Shown one piece after another: positions 36,201-48,957 of a DNA stretch of 64,000 nt. Where the stretch lies: NCBI GenBank assembly GCA_000708835.1, contig DF237024.1, positions 124,001 to 188,000 of the forward strand. The letters run 5' to 3'. Under the pieces are notes generated by a model. The model was not told the DNA's origin, did no database searches, and saw only the letters and a program-made list of their open reading frames with translations. Numbering within the stretch: position 1 is the stretch's first letter; each line of letters begins with the position of its first letter. This stretch comes from Klebsormidium nitens (taxonomy: Eukaryota > Plantae > Klebsormidiophyceae). A program made the translations under genes and the position numbers.

Positions 36201-37954
36201 ATTGGCGCTAGACTGCCGGTGGTAAGTGCTTACAAAAAAAACCGTTCGTAATACAGCTTGGCTGCGTGTAGGGCGCGCTTCCTTTTCCCTCGGGCGCTCC
36301 GCTTGCTAATCTCACCGTCCCGCTGTAGCCAGGCCCGTCTAGACTGAAGCGAGCTTTGTAAGCTTATGAAAACCCCACAAGATCTCTGCTCCACTCAAAA
36401 GTAAAGCTAGCTCAGAACTCCTTTCCTAAACTTCCTTACGGCATCAAACTTTACAAACGCGGGCCAACAGCAATAAGTACGGGAGGTGAGGACCGGCGAC
36501 AATTGGAGGAGACCACCAGTCCGGATGTGCCATTCTACGCTTTCTGGTCGCCTGATTTAGAGGGAGGCTCGTCCTCCTGCTTAGACGAGAGACAGACTTT
36601 CCGTCAGTCGATTTGATGAGGGAAGCGGCGAATCTCTTCGGATCGGGCGAACAAATAGCTGAACAGGATAAGTATTTAGTCGGAGGCGCCAGATAGAAGA
36701 GAAAGGGAATGAACGCAGAGTGAACTTGTTTGGGCACTCATGGCTGCTGACCTGACGGCTCAATCGAGGGGCTGCGGAACAAACAATTACAGAAGCAATA
36801 CTGTGATTGGTTGTTATTGCTTATTAGAACATGTCACCCAAACAAAGAAAAATTGTCGGAGGGTGAGAAGGGGGCACGGACCAGGCTTCCTACAAATGAT
36901 CGGAACGAAACAGGCAACTATGTGCGATTGGTGCTGAAAAGCAAAAGGTCTAGTTTCTCCAATAACCGCGTGTTTTCGTTCCGCTGGCTGCTCTGACCCG
37001 CAAAACAATCTGCGCAACAAGGCTGAGCAGCCGTTCGGTTCGCATCTGGTAAACTGCCCACTAGCCAGGAGACATGACTTTGCTCCATACGAGCGAGGTT
37101 AATCAACGAGATGTTGCTCCGAGAAAAAACCAGAAAATGCGAAGCGAAGTTTCATGGAGACGGAATTCCTTACGCTTGCTTTGTCTTCTACGGGCTTTTC
37201 AACCGCAACGGGCGCGTCCACTCGTGGCCGCTTTTGGGGGGGTTCGTCTGTGGCTGCGGTCGAGTCTTGGGCACCCCCCTGTTCCGGAGTGGACTGGCCG
37301 TTTTTCTGGCAGACACAATTAAGATCGATTCAGATTCTCACAGCCCAATGGATAACCAAGGTCACAACAATTCAATTCCCGAGAGATACGGAGGCAATGC
37401 AATCAGCTCTTAACCAAGAAAAGAGCTGATGCCAAGAACGGAAAGTGAGAATCACTCTCAAGCGTCAGATCTAGAGCACACCTAGGAAACGGACGGAATG
37501 AACGGAAGAAAGAAGAACTTGAACTCCCGGCCAACCTCGTAGGCCCTCTAAATAATAAACCAAGGGGAACCGTCGATCCACGTCGACAACAGAACACTGG
37601 ACCGTCAATCTGGTGGGGATATAGGCGAGGGGGTCATGGTTAAATAGACAAGAGTCCATATTCTCCCTCCTTTCGTTCTGACATGCTCCGGTGGCGTCTT
37701 AAAGCTGTGGTGAAAAGTTGGCAAGCAATTTCGACGTCGAAAGATCCTTCCAGCAACAAAGATGAGCCGCTCCAGGCGCGGCTCTATCCAAAGTGGAACC
37801 CTGCGAAGAATTATTAGTGGTGACACCAAAGAACGCAAGTCGAAAAAGCTCTAACCGGCGGGAAGAAGTCGCGGGGTATCAGACGTCGAGCATGATTGAA
37901 ACCGCTGGATGGATACCACAGATAGTCACACCCTTCAACAACCAGTAGAAGTTG

Positions 37955-38345
37955 CTCATGTCACCTTGAGGTCTGCCACGCCACGTACGCCGCTTTGATC
38001 CGCAGCACATTGGAAATCGGAAAAAGTCCATTCGAAGTCGCTGAGTCGGAAAAGGTGAACCTTTGGCTAACCAAGAAGAGTCGCTGACGCCAACTTAAGG
38101 CTTTTCTGCCCCTTCCTCAAGCGCCTCCTCAATCTGCTGCGAGTTCCAGGGCCGAAGATAAACCCTTCATCCACCAAACGAAGTCGATGACGTCATCTCG
38201 GCGGACTGCTGACGTCACCTTGTGGCTCTTCTGCCATGCCTCGTACGCCTCCTCGATCTGCTGCGAATCCCAGAGCGCGAGAAACAAAGCCTTAGACCAC
38301 CAAAGAGAGTCGCTGACGTCACCTTGAGGCTCTTCTGCCACGCCT
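37955..38345 (-). repeat. Reiterated donor junction of SRPBCC gene exon 3
   Basis: cagcagatcgaggaggcgtacgaggc.tggcagaagagcc.caag|GTGACGTCAGC has donors at ~38322 (real), 38218, 38093 (decayed) and 37964. Confidence 0.88.
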
Positions 38346-41094
38346 CGTACGCCTCCTCGATCTGCTGGCTGATCGGCTTGCCGTTGCTGAGCGGGGTCTT
38401 GACTCCCTCGGCGCTCAGCGAAGAGTACTCGACGCGTAGGGGACCGCGGTGCATGATGTTGAGCCGCTTCCTGCCCGTCGGCTCCTCCGTCTCGTGGTCC
38501 AGGTCCACAAACTCAACCACGCCTGCATACTATATTTCCGTTTAGTTCAGATAGTAAGTTCTCAGATTGGCAAAGCACTGTAATTTGTTTGTGGCACGGC
38601 TGGAATTTCTTGCTGGTCGGCTCCTCCGTCTCGTGGTCCAGGTCCACAAACTCAACTACGCCTGCGTGGAAGGACGTTGGATATTCAAGGTGGCTGTCGC
38701 TGCAAGAAGACACCGTTCACGATCCAGGAACTTCATTCACAGTTGACACGGTTGACGGCACGTAGGAAAGAGCACCATTCATCGAGGGTTTTCAACAGGA
38801 GGCACGCTGGTTGACAAAGACAACAGCGATGCTACTGTGAACGATCTCAATCATGTCCGCCAAATCGCTTGCAAAATGTGAAAACTTGTGGGCAGATCGG
38901 TAATGGACAGATTCTACAACTTAGGCCGGAAGGGTGACCATACAAACAGATATGGAATATTCGAAAGGTATACGTTGCGGCGTTTGTTGAGCCAGCACGC
39001 TCATTAATGATTGATATCACGCTACTGTATGTAGGAATCTATACAACGAACCTAATCGATTTCTGTGTTGTAACAGCCGCGCAACCGATTCAGGGAGAGA
39101 ACGCTTGAAGGACGGGAGATGGACAGAACACCAGATATAAGATGCCAGATATGTATCGAAGCAAGTACTCTGGACTAGTGAAAGTTTTTTCATCCTCTTT
39201 GGACCTTGAAACTTCGCTTTCTCCAACAGGTTTCAGGAACTTGTTCACGGACCCGTTCAGGAACCGGGCCTAAAAAGCTGAAACTTTCTCGCCCTCCGGT
39301 TGGCGTTCACCTGTCTCTTTGTCCGCTTTGATGCGCTCGACAAATTTGTGGGGGCCCCACCCCGGCAGCCGCTCGTCATCATGCACGACCATCTTGCGAT
39401 ACACCCAGCCGTCGGGAAGCTCCTCCCGCTTGAACTCAGAGATACGAAAATACTCGTAAAAGTGGTAAACCTGAAAAGTCATAATACTGGAGTTTTGGCC
39501 TTTTTGGAACTATGAGAGGGGCCCGCCACATTCTTCCGGACCCAGCCGTCAGAGAGCTCCTCGCGCTTGAACTCAGAGATACGAAAATACTCGTAAAAGT
39601 GGTAAACCTGAAAAAATAATAATACTGGTGTTTTGGCCTTTTTGGAGTTATCAGAGGGGCCCGCTACATTCTTCCGGACCCAGCCGTCGGGAAGCTCCTC
39701 GCCCTCGAACTCAGATATATGAAGTACTCATAAAAGTGGTATACCTGCATGTGTAATATCGACGTTTTCAGGCTTTTGGTGTTCCAAGAGGGGCCCGCCA
39801 GATGCTTTTGGACCCAGCCGTTGGAAAGCTCTTTGCGCTTGGATTCAGCATTACGGAAGTACTCATCAAAGTGGTATACCTGCGACATAGAATACCGGAA
39901 TCTAGGGCTTTTTGGAGTTCCAAGGAGGGGCCCCCGAATTTGTTTTGGACGAAGATATTGGGAAGCTCCTCACGCTTGAACTAAGACGGAAACAGTCATA
40001 AGAATGGTACACCTGCAACGCGGTATCTTGTTATTCAGAGCTTTTGAGGATGTCCGAAGAGTTTCCAGGGCCTCGAACTCAGACGTTGCTTTCTGAGACC
40101 CAGCCCTTAGGAGGCCCCACATGGACGTATTTACCGAAGCCAGGAGACTGCGGTGCACACACTCAGAATTCAGGGCTTGAGGGGTGCAGGTGCGAGACGC
40201 CCCATTTAGCAAAGTTAGCCGTACAACAGCCTCTTGCAATTTGATTTAGGCAGCCTGACATTATGCGCCCAATAGTTACACATGCAACACAAACCTGTTG
40301 ATTGCGCACTCCGCTGGCCTTTCAAGGTTCAGAGTAACTTGCAGCCAGAGGCAAAGACTCAGGTAACAGCATTCTAGGAGTTCAAGCTACTATTCTCTAA
40401 CCTTTTTGGGATTGACAACTACCACAGTACCTTTTTTAGGCGTTTCTCTATCCTTGTGACCTGCTGAGTTGGGTCCTAAATCCAGTACTTTCTAAATACA
40501 GGGCACCGTGCTGTGTAACAAATCTGGGCATCTTCTGTGTACTTCCAATACCGAAGGGTGGCAGAGAAAGGCTTGACAAAAGTGGAGGAAGACGTACCTG
40601 AGAGAATCAGTGGAGACTAGACCTTTGAATGAATCTATGCAAGATATTCTGCCTTTGTTGTGGGTCTCATTACAATTCATACCAATCATACTCAGCATGT
40701 CCAAAACAGTTGACTTTTCACAACATCTACTTTGTCAAGCCTCGTGACCCCAGTGCAATAAGAAGAGCAACTTTCTATCCTGCAACAGCCCCATTGCACT
40801 TTGACAGGATCGTGCAGCTTGCGATTGGAGAGCCCTGAAGTGTTAGATAGACAAGCATTCCTTGGCCTTTAGAAAGTTTCGAAAACCAGGCCCAACTTCG
40901 AGGGCTTAACATAAATCAAACTTCGGACTTCATACCACCGCCGCGCTTTGCACAGGACACGGCACTGAGCCGCTCACCTTGTTAACCAAGGCTTTCCACA
41001 GAAACTCCTCAGGTATGTCGATGCTTTCAGACAGAGTGCAAGTGCCCCTCCCGTCTGGAGCTGGGGCTCCCGTCACCACTTTCACGTTTGCCAT
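38323..41094 (-). CDS. SRPBCC/START-like fold protein resembling AtaL/DUF1857; last exon not located
   Basis: Exons 41094-40978, 39470-39311 and 38522-38323 join in frame: MANVKVVTG..SIDIPEEFLWKALVNKVYHFYEYF..WVYRKMVV..FVERIKADKETGVVEFVDL..RLNIMHRGPLRVEY. The family was assigned from motif pattern only. Confidence 0.6.
39470..40150 (-). repeat. ~135-bp tandem array of the SRPBCC exon-2 acceptor junction (5 echoes)
   Basis: cag|GT(T/A/G)TACCA.. exon starts at 39470 (real), 39607, 39744, 39879 and 40012, with a highly decayed unit at ~40146. Confidence 0.93.
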
Positions 41095-43113
41095 GTTCAA
41101 GCAGAAGAGCTCAGAACTTGTAGACCATACAGCCTATTCCAATTACCAATCCCCTCTTTTCAGTTTTATCTGGAGTTGACTATGTTCTCCCAGAAATCCA
41201 ACGAGCAATCTAGACCAAAATTTTCATTGATGTTAGGATGTTGCTCCGGAAAGGCTACGATACTAGGTACTCTCTTGATACAAACTTGATGCAGATGAGT
41301 GACTTCTGGTTAACAAGGCAGACTTGGGACTGCACACAGAGCTACAATAAGCTATCTCAATCAATGATCACGCGTTGAGGGTGTGCCATAAGCAGCAGGA
41401 GGCCTACTCGCTTCAGGAGATTGCTGTCAACGACAATCAGACCGGCCTCAACCTAAGGGCCGATCTGCTGCATTCTGCTGCATTCACCAGACGATGCACG
41501 GCAGACTGACCCCCGCAGACACGTCTACACCCACAGCATTGGTCCTTGGCAGGGCCCCTTTAGAGGAGCATTCACAAAACCTTTTCACAAGTGCTTTTCT
41601 AGCTGAAAGCGTCTGTGTGTCGCCTTAGGAAACTGTACAATGGTTTGTCTGGTGTCAACAGTGTTCCGCCCAGGTTCCGCCTCAGTTGCTCCATGGAGTC
41701 TGGATTGCATGATGTCAACATTCTCACATGCATGACGTCCGAAAATGGGAAATCGTGACGTGCCATTGCTCCACCCTGTGACGCATTCTCGGTCAGCACT
41801 AACAGATGTTATGTATTAACGAGACAATATGGCTTCACACGAGCTGGAGAAGCGGCAGACGCGGTTGCCGACGGCAGGGACAGAAGGAGCTGTTCAGTCT
41901 ACGTGCAGTCGAACCCTGGTCGTACCGGTTCATGGAACCTGTCGTCGACGGTGTCGGAAGACAGACGCTTGGTTAATCCAGGTTAGCATTTCAAAACTCA
42001 CCCGAAGTTTTGATTAACCCAACCTTGGATGCTATCATTGTCAATCTCTTCTGCTGGCCAAGAATGTCGGTCATCTTCACCATGATGTTTCGATTTGAAT
42101 TGGCGCTTGCATAAAAAGACACAAGTGCAGGGGCGCGCTTGCCGCTCATGGAAATGATGCTCACATGAGAGACACAAAGGTCCGCTGAAAACACCAGAGT
42201 CTCGAAGGAGTTGGCCGGAATGTGGTGGCCGTGGAAACGGGAGGAAGACCCTGAACTGACAGGGCAGCCATGCCATGCACAGGCCTGCGCCATCCAGAAG
42301 TGCCTGAGCAAGAACAACTTTGACTCGCACAAGTGAGCTCGCGTGCAAGGGGCTGTTTCGTTCTTCTGCGTCTCGGCTGGCACCCTGTCAAATCATACCA
42401 ATGATGGTGGTAGACTGTTTGAAGTTTGAGTAAGTTGATTAGGCAGAGAAGTGTCGCAGCATTGCTTTGAGTTACATGAATTGCAGACAGGTGTTCGGTC
42501 TTTGATGTTTGGAGGTTTTAATATGTCCTCCTGCTCCTTCTTGTTCGCTCTGTTATAAGAGGATCTGAACTTGCGCGGTGCTAAGCTTAAATGTGACCCT
42601 GAGATGCTTGTTTAGCCAGAGTTGCCGCAGGGATCATACATGCTTGGCAGTCTTTTAGAAGTCATGTTGGTCCGCCTTCAAAATCGTTTCACATCCATAC
42701 ACAAGAAGGCAGGAATGTCGGAGTTGCGGTGGCCTGACGGGTGGCCAGTCTCGAAACTATATTGTAATCAATGGTCTTCCTGAGGGGCATTGCAAAACAA
42801 TATTTCGGAGTGCCATTGATTTCAGGTTTTCTCGAAGCAAGCATGCCCGGGCTCCGCAACCCCAAAAGTGGATCCATCTTTTGTTGCCTTAGCTCATAAC
42901 CGGTTTTAATGACTCATGTTTCAGGTGCATCGATACCATCCAAAAACTGCTCGCCTGCTGCCAGGAGCATCAAAACAAGCCCAAGCACTGCGCAGAGATG
43001 TCCGGGCTTCTAAAGGAAGCAGAAGCGAAGACAGTGAAGTAGACAGGGAACAGGACCGGCACACAAGGTTCACAGACTCCTAGCCATTGGGTCAGCGGAA
43101 TTGCGCGGGAGCT

Positions 43114-45833
43114 ATGCTCAGGCGACTGGTTGCTCGGTCGGTCCAGAACGTGCGCACAGGTCAGTCCACAAACCAACTTTGGGAAGCCTAGGTACCTTGA
43201 GGACTGATTCTTTTATCCTCATTGATAGAGTACTCATCTAAAGCTCAAGTGTGTTGTTGTTTTCAAGATGAGAACGTGGAAGAGCAATGGCTTGAGCGAG
43301 AGCGATTTGATACAGATCTTGCAGTGCAGCTTGATGAAGACATCACTTCTAGCTCGTATTATCCATGAGCTGCATTTAGCATCCCCATTTATGCGACAGT
43401 GAAAATGATTGGAAGAGGGAATGTGGAAGGGAAACCGGGGAGCTCTGATTCACCCGTGTTTCAGGTTCGAAATGGAGGGCGCTGATTGGTCCTGAGCAAT
43501 CACCCCATCTATAATTGCGGACTGCAATAGCGACACCCGACGTTTGGGATGCTCACTGGGGTTTCATCTTTTGTAGCTCTAGCATGGAACTTGGACGTCC
43601 CTGCGGAGGCGACGCTGTTCCAATTCAAGACGCAGGCTGACATTGACAGGTGGACGACATACAACGACCAGGAGCTGGGGGGTGAGTTTGTCTCTCAGCG
43701 CCTATGAAGGTTTTCTGAACATTGTGAATCCCTACTTCTGCGAGTGTCTCTCAAAATGGTTTCTGGCAAAGGAATCTACTAGCCCATGGCTGGACCACCT
43801 TCTCGCAGGAAGCTTACAGCCCTCCTCTCCTGCGAAGCTTTCTCGTCTAGTTGCAGTGACTGACCTTGCTCCTTCTTGCTCCCTTTGAATGTGGACGCGC
43901 AGTGTCACCTTTGCTTGTATTGCTTCAAATGAACAGAGCCATCCAAAGTAGCTTCAGATGATCAATAAAGTGCAGAATCTTTACTTTATTTGCGTGCCAG
44001 TCGAGGTCGTGTGATTCTCAGGCTGCTGCTCAAGAATGTATCTTCCTGCAGGGCTGTCGACGTCTTCTTGGGGCCTGGACAAAGATGGAACAAGCGCAGG
44101 TGGGCCATCAGCGTTCGTAGCCTTTAAACGTGGTCTACTTGACACGAAAATGGCGATCTCCATTCCTAGATGCCTTGAAGTGCGCAACGCTTGAAGTACG
44201 GAATCTTCGCATGTGCTTTCATCGAGAAGCCCGTCGTTCAAGCCATTCAAACTGCGTTTTGAAGAATCTGTCCAGCTCACCATTAGCGACTCCATTGAGA
44301 AAAGACATGAGCCAGCCCACCGCCCTATAAAGACTAGCTGTTTTTACAGAACAGATTTCTTTTGCTTTCCAGTGTTTGAAGGCGAGCTGTCGACCGAGGT
44401 CTCGGAGGCCAATTCACACCGGATGAAGCGAAGCGGCTTCAGCGGCATCCGCACCGCGCAGGACATGCCCCCGCTCGATCTGGAAGCGTTTGACACGCTC
44501 GCATTCCGGTTGCGGGGAGATGGGCGCTCCTACATCTCGAACGTAAGTTTACTCTCAGGGTTTTTAAGGAGATTCTACCACTTCATAGAGGGCGTCATCA
44601 GATCCAGTACCCCCTTTTTTGTCGCTGCGCTTACCCCCTTTTTGGTCGCTGCGCTTTCTATTCTGCAATTTTAGGATTTGATCTTGCTGAAACCTTTGTC
44701 TAGGAGGCAACGCGGTGGCCTAAGGGCACACTTTCTCCCGTTGCCGTATGGCGCTCATCTGTTTACGCCCTCTGTGAAGCGAGCGTCTACGCATGAACGG
44801 CGCTTTGACATGAATCCTCAGTCTGGGTCACGTACGGCGTTTTGATTCGTCATATGCATCTGGAACATGGACGGCACTCTGACTTTGCGGAAGATTTGAA
44901 TCTTAAACGGCGCTTGGATATGTGTCATGGATCTGGAATGCGAACGGCGCTTCTGTGTTGCCTGCAGCTCCGAACAGACAACTGGGTCGTGCCCTATGCT
45001 CGAGACCACAACGTCTGGCAGGCGTTCCTCGCCACCTCCAAGGGCGAGTGGACCACCGTTAAAGTGAGTGCATTGGATATAGTTAGTTATTCTTGCAATG
45101 ATCACGCTCGAAAAGAGTGCCCTCGCATCTATCAACCGCAAAGTAGAAAAGGGTTAAGGTGAACGCTCCCACTCTTGACCCGTAAAGAAGAACGGGGGAT
45201 TGGACTGCGCCTGCCTCATTGGTGAGAAACGGCGTACGCGTTGGTGCGGTTGGACGTCACTGCCATTGTGCTGAGGTCTTTTTAAATCGCAATCTTTCTC
45301 GTTGGGCCAGAGCAGGACCTGTTTCTGCCCACTGAATCTTCTGGATATGCTGCTTTTTGCGGGGAGACGGCACAATTGTATAGTGCATCAAAAACAACCA
45401 TCTTTTCACCCCACCCGGTCAGATGGCACTCATATAAGTTATGGTCTAGCGACTTCGGGTTCCAAGCGGCGTGAAAGCAGCAAGCGGCAAGCTTTTCATC
45501 TTCTGGTAACCAGCAGAAGCCATGTGAAGTAATGATCAATATTCTGGGTTGGAGCTCATCCTGCATAAAGCTAATGCCCATTTTAACCTGCTTATTGAGG
45601 TTTATGACGCTCCGTTAACCTCTTACCTGGTTCTCGTGCAGGTGCCGTTACAGAGTTATTTGCCCACATGGCAAGGCCGCACGATTGACGCGCAACTAGA
45701 GATGGGGACGTCGAAAGTGACTCAGTTGGGTCTTGCGCTAGCAGCTCAAGAAAGCGGGGAGGGGGGACACGGAGCTGGGCCGTACCGACTAGAGATTGAG
45801 TGGATAAAGGGTCTGCGAGAACATGTTTCATAA
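43114..45833 (+). CDS. NDUFAF1: Complex I intermediate-associated protein 30 (NDUFAF1/CIA30)
   Basis: Exons 43114-43159, 43577-43681, 44052-44099, 44373-44542, 44968-45063 and 45642-45833: MLRRLVARSVQNVRTALAWN..W..YNDQELGGLSTSS..VFEGELS..KRSGFSGIR..LDLEAFDTLAFRLRGDGRSYISN..VPLQSYLPTWQGR..GPYRLEIEWIK. Confidence 0.92.
44795..44960. repeat. Degenerate 37-bp minisatellite x5 just upstream of a CIA30 acceptor
   Basis: The acggc(g/a) core is at 44797, 44834, 44871, 44907 and 44944 (period 36-37), with recurring ...atctggaa segments. Confidence 0.7.
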
Positions 45834-47366
45834 ACCTGCGGGATGCGAGTTGCTCGCAACACGTGCCGTTTCAATTCTGGCCTTCGATATGTGCACTGCG
45901 TCAATGTGGTCGTCTACTATTGCTGCTTGCTTCACTCCGACCACCATTTCTATAGGAGTACGTGGGTTGGAATCGGAGGTCGGAATGTTGGCTGTGCAAT
46001 CAGCCAGCTAGCTAGCCTGACGCATTGTTTAGAGGCCCGCGAAGATCGCTGCCAGGATGTGAGCGAACTATTTGAAAAGTCGTGCCTACTATCGAACCCG
46101 AGTCGAAGAGCCGTGCAGGACTCAGTTTTTCCAGAAGAACAGCCTACAATTTTAACCCGCTAGCTTGCTGCTTGCCATGCAGTGCATGGCACAGGCATAC
46201 ATAGGCATCTCAGATATGACCGTCGCTGGTGGCCCTCATGAGCATGGTCGATCGTCCATCGGAGGTCTGCTGCCGTGTGAGATTGCCATGGCACGCGTAC
46301 TGCATCGCGCAATTGTATTGTGATGGCAATGATCGTGCACTGAGCTGCCCGCACCGAGCGACCAAATGCAACGCGAGGCGAGGCACATGGCGCAGCCGTG
46401 ATGCTCTTTGACCGGCAAAATAATTGACAGTCCGGGTGCCACGCGGTGGATACATGGTCCTCACTGCTTCTGGAGTCCGACCTGAAGCGTTTGCTTTTTT
46501 GATGGCCACCTTCCGGGCCCTTAGGACGTCGACTCAACCGTGCACAAAGCACACCACATGTGGTCGTATGCATGTGTGGAAAACGGCAAGCCTGCCAGTC
46601 AGTGAGCTCCGATGATCGTATAGGGTGAGTTGCCGGGTGCTGATCAAACCAGCCTACTCAGTGGCTCGCATTACCATGAGGCTAGCTACGTATTCTAGCC
46701 TTTTTCCGCGCAAGAGCAATGATCCAGCCGCGCGGACTACAACGATCGGCTAAACTGGTGCATGATGAATGAGGGCGCGGCTTCGATCAGGCGTTCCAAC
46801 TTCTTCCATTGTCGGCAATGCATGCATGCACGGTTACAGGAAACTCGACGTCTGTGCTGCAACATATCATCCATGAAACATCGTAACGTCCAAAGTGACG
46901 AGATTATGGTCATCGGATATATCTCCTCGGTTCATGCAGGTTCTTTGATTTCGACTAGGCTGCCAAGGGTTCTGAAGGCACGAGGCTTTAGTGCGCTCTC
47001 GAGCTGCTACGGTTACAGGAAAGGTCTGAGGGCGCCATGGTCTTATCTCTTGCCGTGCGCGAAGAGTCGCGTGCGCCATACTGCACTGGGGCGTCTCGCA
47101 GCTCGTCATCTTCGAGGACTACTACTTCTTCGAAGCGATAGGGAAAATAAGGAAGAAGCCAATGATTTTCGAGTGTACGCGTTCTGAAGGTCTTTTGTAT
47201 TCAGGAGTTTTGTCTCCGACCAGAGTACTAGGTTCCTACTGACAGATTCACTCCGCAAAGCACGCGCGCTCAGAACAAGTGCTGTATGTTGTAAGGCACC
47301 CAAAAACAAACGCTTCGGGGAGGCAAAACCTGGCGCTCTGGCTTGCTTTCATAACTGGAGCCCGCG

Positions 47367-48957
47367 ATGAAAAAGGAGACGAAGCCGCTGTGGTTCGAGA
47401 ACCCGGACCGGTTGGTTGAGGAGCTGAAGCCGGAGGCGTGCCACGTGGAAGCCTTCGCCGTCGAAAAGTGCCTGAGGGACAGTGACTTCGACGTGCGGAG
47501 GTGCGCGTTCGCGCTTTTGCATTTAGTGTTTCTTTTGATGCGCCACGCAGATTACAAATTTCCTGCAGAAGAAGATCTACACGGTGCTCAAGGGTACGTG
47601 CAACAAATGCCAAGTGGTAAACGAGCGCTGACGAGAGGTTTGGCGCAGACTCCCTGTTCGGCCCCAAAGCAGAGACTTTTGATTGGACCGAAGGAGGAGA
47701 TGTTTGGTTTGAAAACAAACAGAGCTCTTTATCATTTGGTGGGCTCGGTCCCCGTGAGGATCAACTAATAAAAGGTCCTTCATGTGAGCTGGCTGCCTTC
47801 AAAAGTAGGCTAACCTGGTCTACATCTGGACGTTCGCGTCTGCAGTTTTTTGAGACCAGCTCCTTAAAGCGGACGCTCCTGTCATTCTTTTACCACTTCT
47901 ACGGTTGCACCAGGCCTTGTTTCCATAGGAAGTGCGCAGATGCAGTTCTGTTCCTGATTGTACTCAGATACCCGTCGTTTGAGGACACTGTCTCGTGCTA
48001 CTCTGACAGAAGCTGCTGGTTCCGCTGAAAGCTGGGTAGCATAGCTGCCGTCTCACATGGATCTTCAGCAATTCGCCACGATTTTGAGCCGTGTAAAGAG
48101 ACATGCCTGCTTTCTGGTGACGCAAGGATGTCGTGTCTTCCGTTTGGACTTCCGAGGAGGTCAGAATCACTCAAATCCTGCCTCTCGGTCAAGGCCTTGA
48201 CAGGGTCTACAATGCTTGGGCGCCACTGCACCGATTTGGACCTTTTGAGTGTTAGAATAGTTCTTCGTCGTGTTGTTGAAAGATGTAGAGGACGGTCGTT
48301 CAGTCCATCTAGCAACGAAGAACCATGTCACTGGCGAGCCCCACGTCTTGAGGCACGTCGCGCTCCAGATCACCTCGATCTCAGTCGGCCTTGTTCCTCG
48401 AGGCGTTCATTTCCGTCTCATTGCTCGATACGCATTTCACGAGCTCTTGACGTACATTCTCCTTGCGTCTGTTCCAAACGTCTCTCTTCGAACCGGCAGC
48501 ATTCTCGTCTCGAGAGCTGGAGTCCATATGTTAGATCCTTATGCTTTGGCTTGCGCAATGTTAGAGTGTCACCAGGTTCGGTACCAGGCTCGGATCTGGT
48601 TTCTGAATCCAACAATCGGGCTACAACCCCAATAGAAGCCTTGTTACTGCTCGGTTGGTCATTTGACATAAGCAGCTTCTGAATAGCCTGTAATCGACCA
48701 TGGTTAACTATTTAACCCCCGTGATATGCAGGTGTCTTGACGAAGTGGCGACCTTGCACGCCTGCTGTGGGGTGCACCAATACAAGTCGAAACACTGCGC
48801 GCCCATGTCGGGGCTCTTGAAGGATTTATTCAAACCGGGGGAAGAGGAGAACATTCTGCAACAGGGAACTATGAAACCGGCGGAAGAGGAGGGGACGCAA
48901 CAAGGGAACGGAAGAAAGCAGAGGAACGCAGGCAAGCCGGAAAAGGATAGCAAGTGA
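47367..48957 (+). CDS. CMC4: Twin CX9C mitochondrial intermembrane-space protein CMC4 (p8-MTCP1 family)
   Basis: Exons 47367-47500 and 48732-48957: ACHVEAFAVEKCLRDSDFDVRRCLDEVATLHACCGVHQYKSKHCAPMSGLLK, the cysteine pattern of CMC4. Confidence 0.82.

Noticed and set aside
39470-40150. ~135-bp and 37-bp arrays as CRISPR-like loci
   Set aside because: Whole units are homologous with no unique spacers, there are no cas genes, and the context is a eukaryotic intron.
47367-48957. CMC4 missing one conserved cysteine (CxxxxC -> CxxxxF)
   Set aside because: The lost residue corresponds to the non-disulfide Cys of p8-MTCP1. All six disulfide-forming positions are present.
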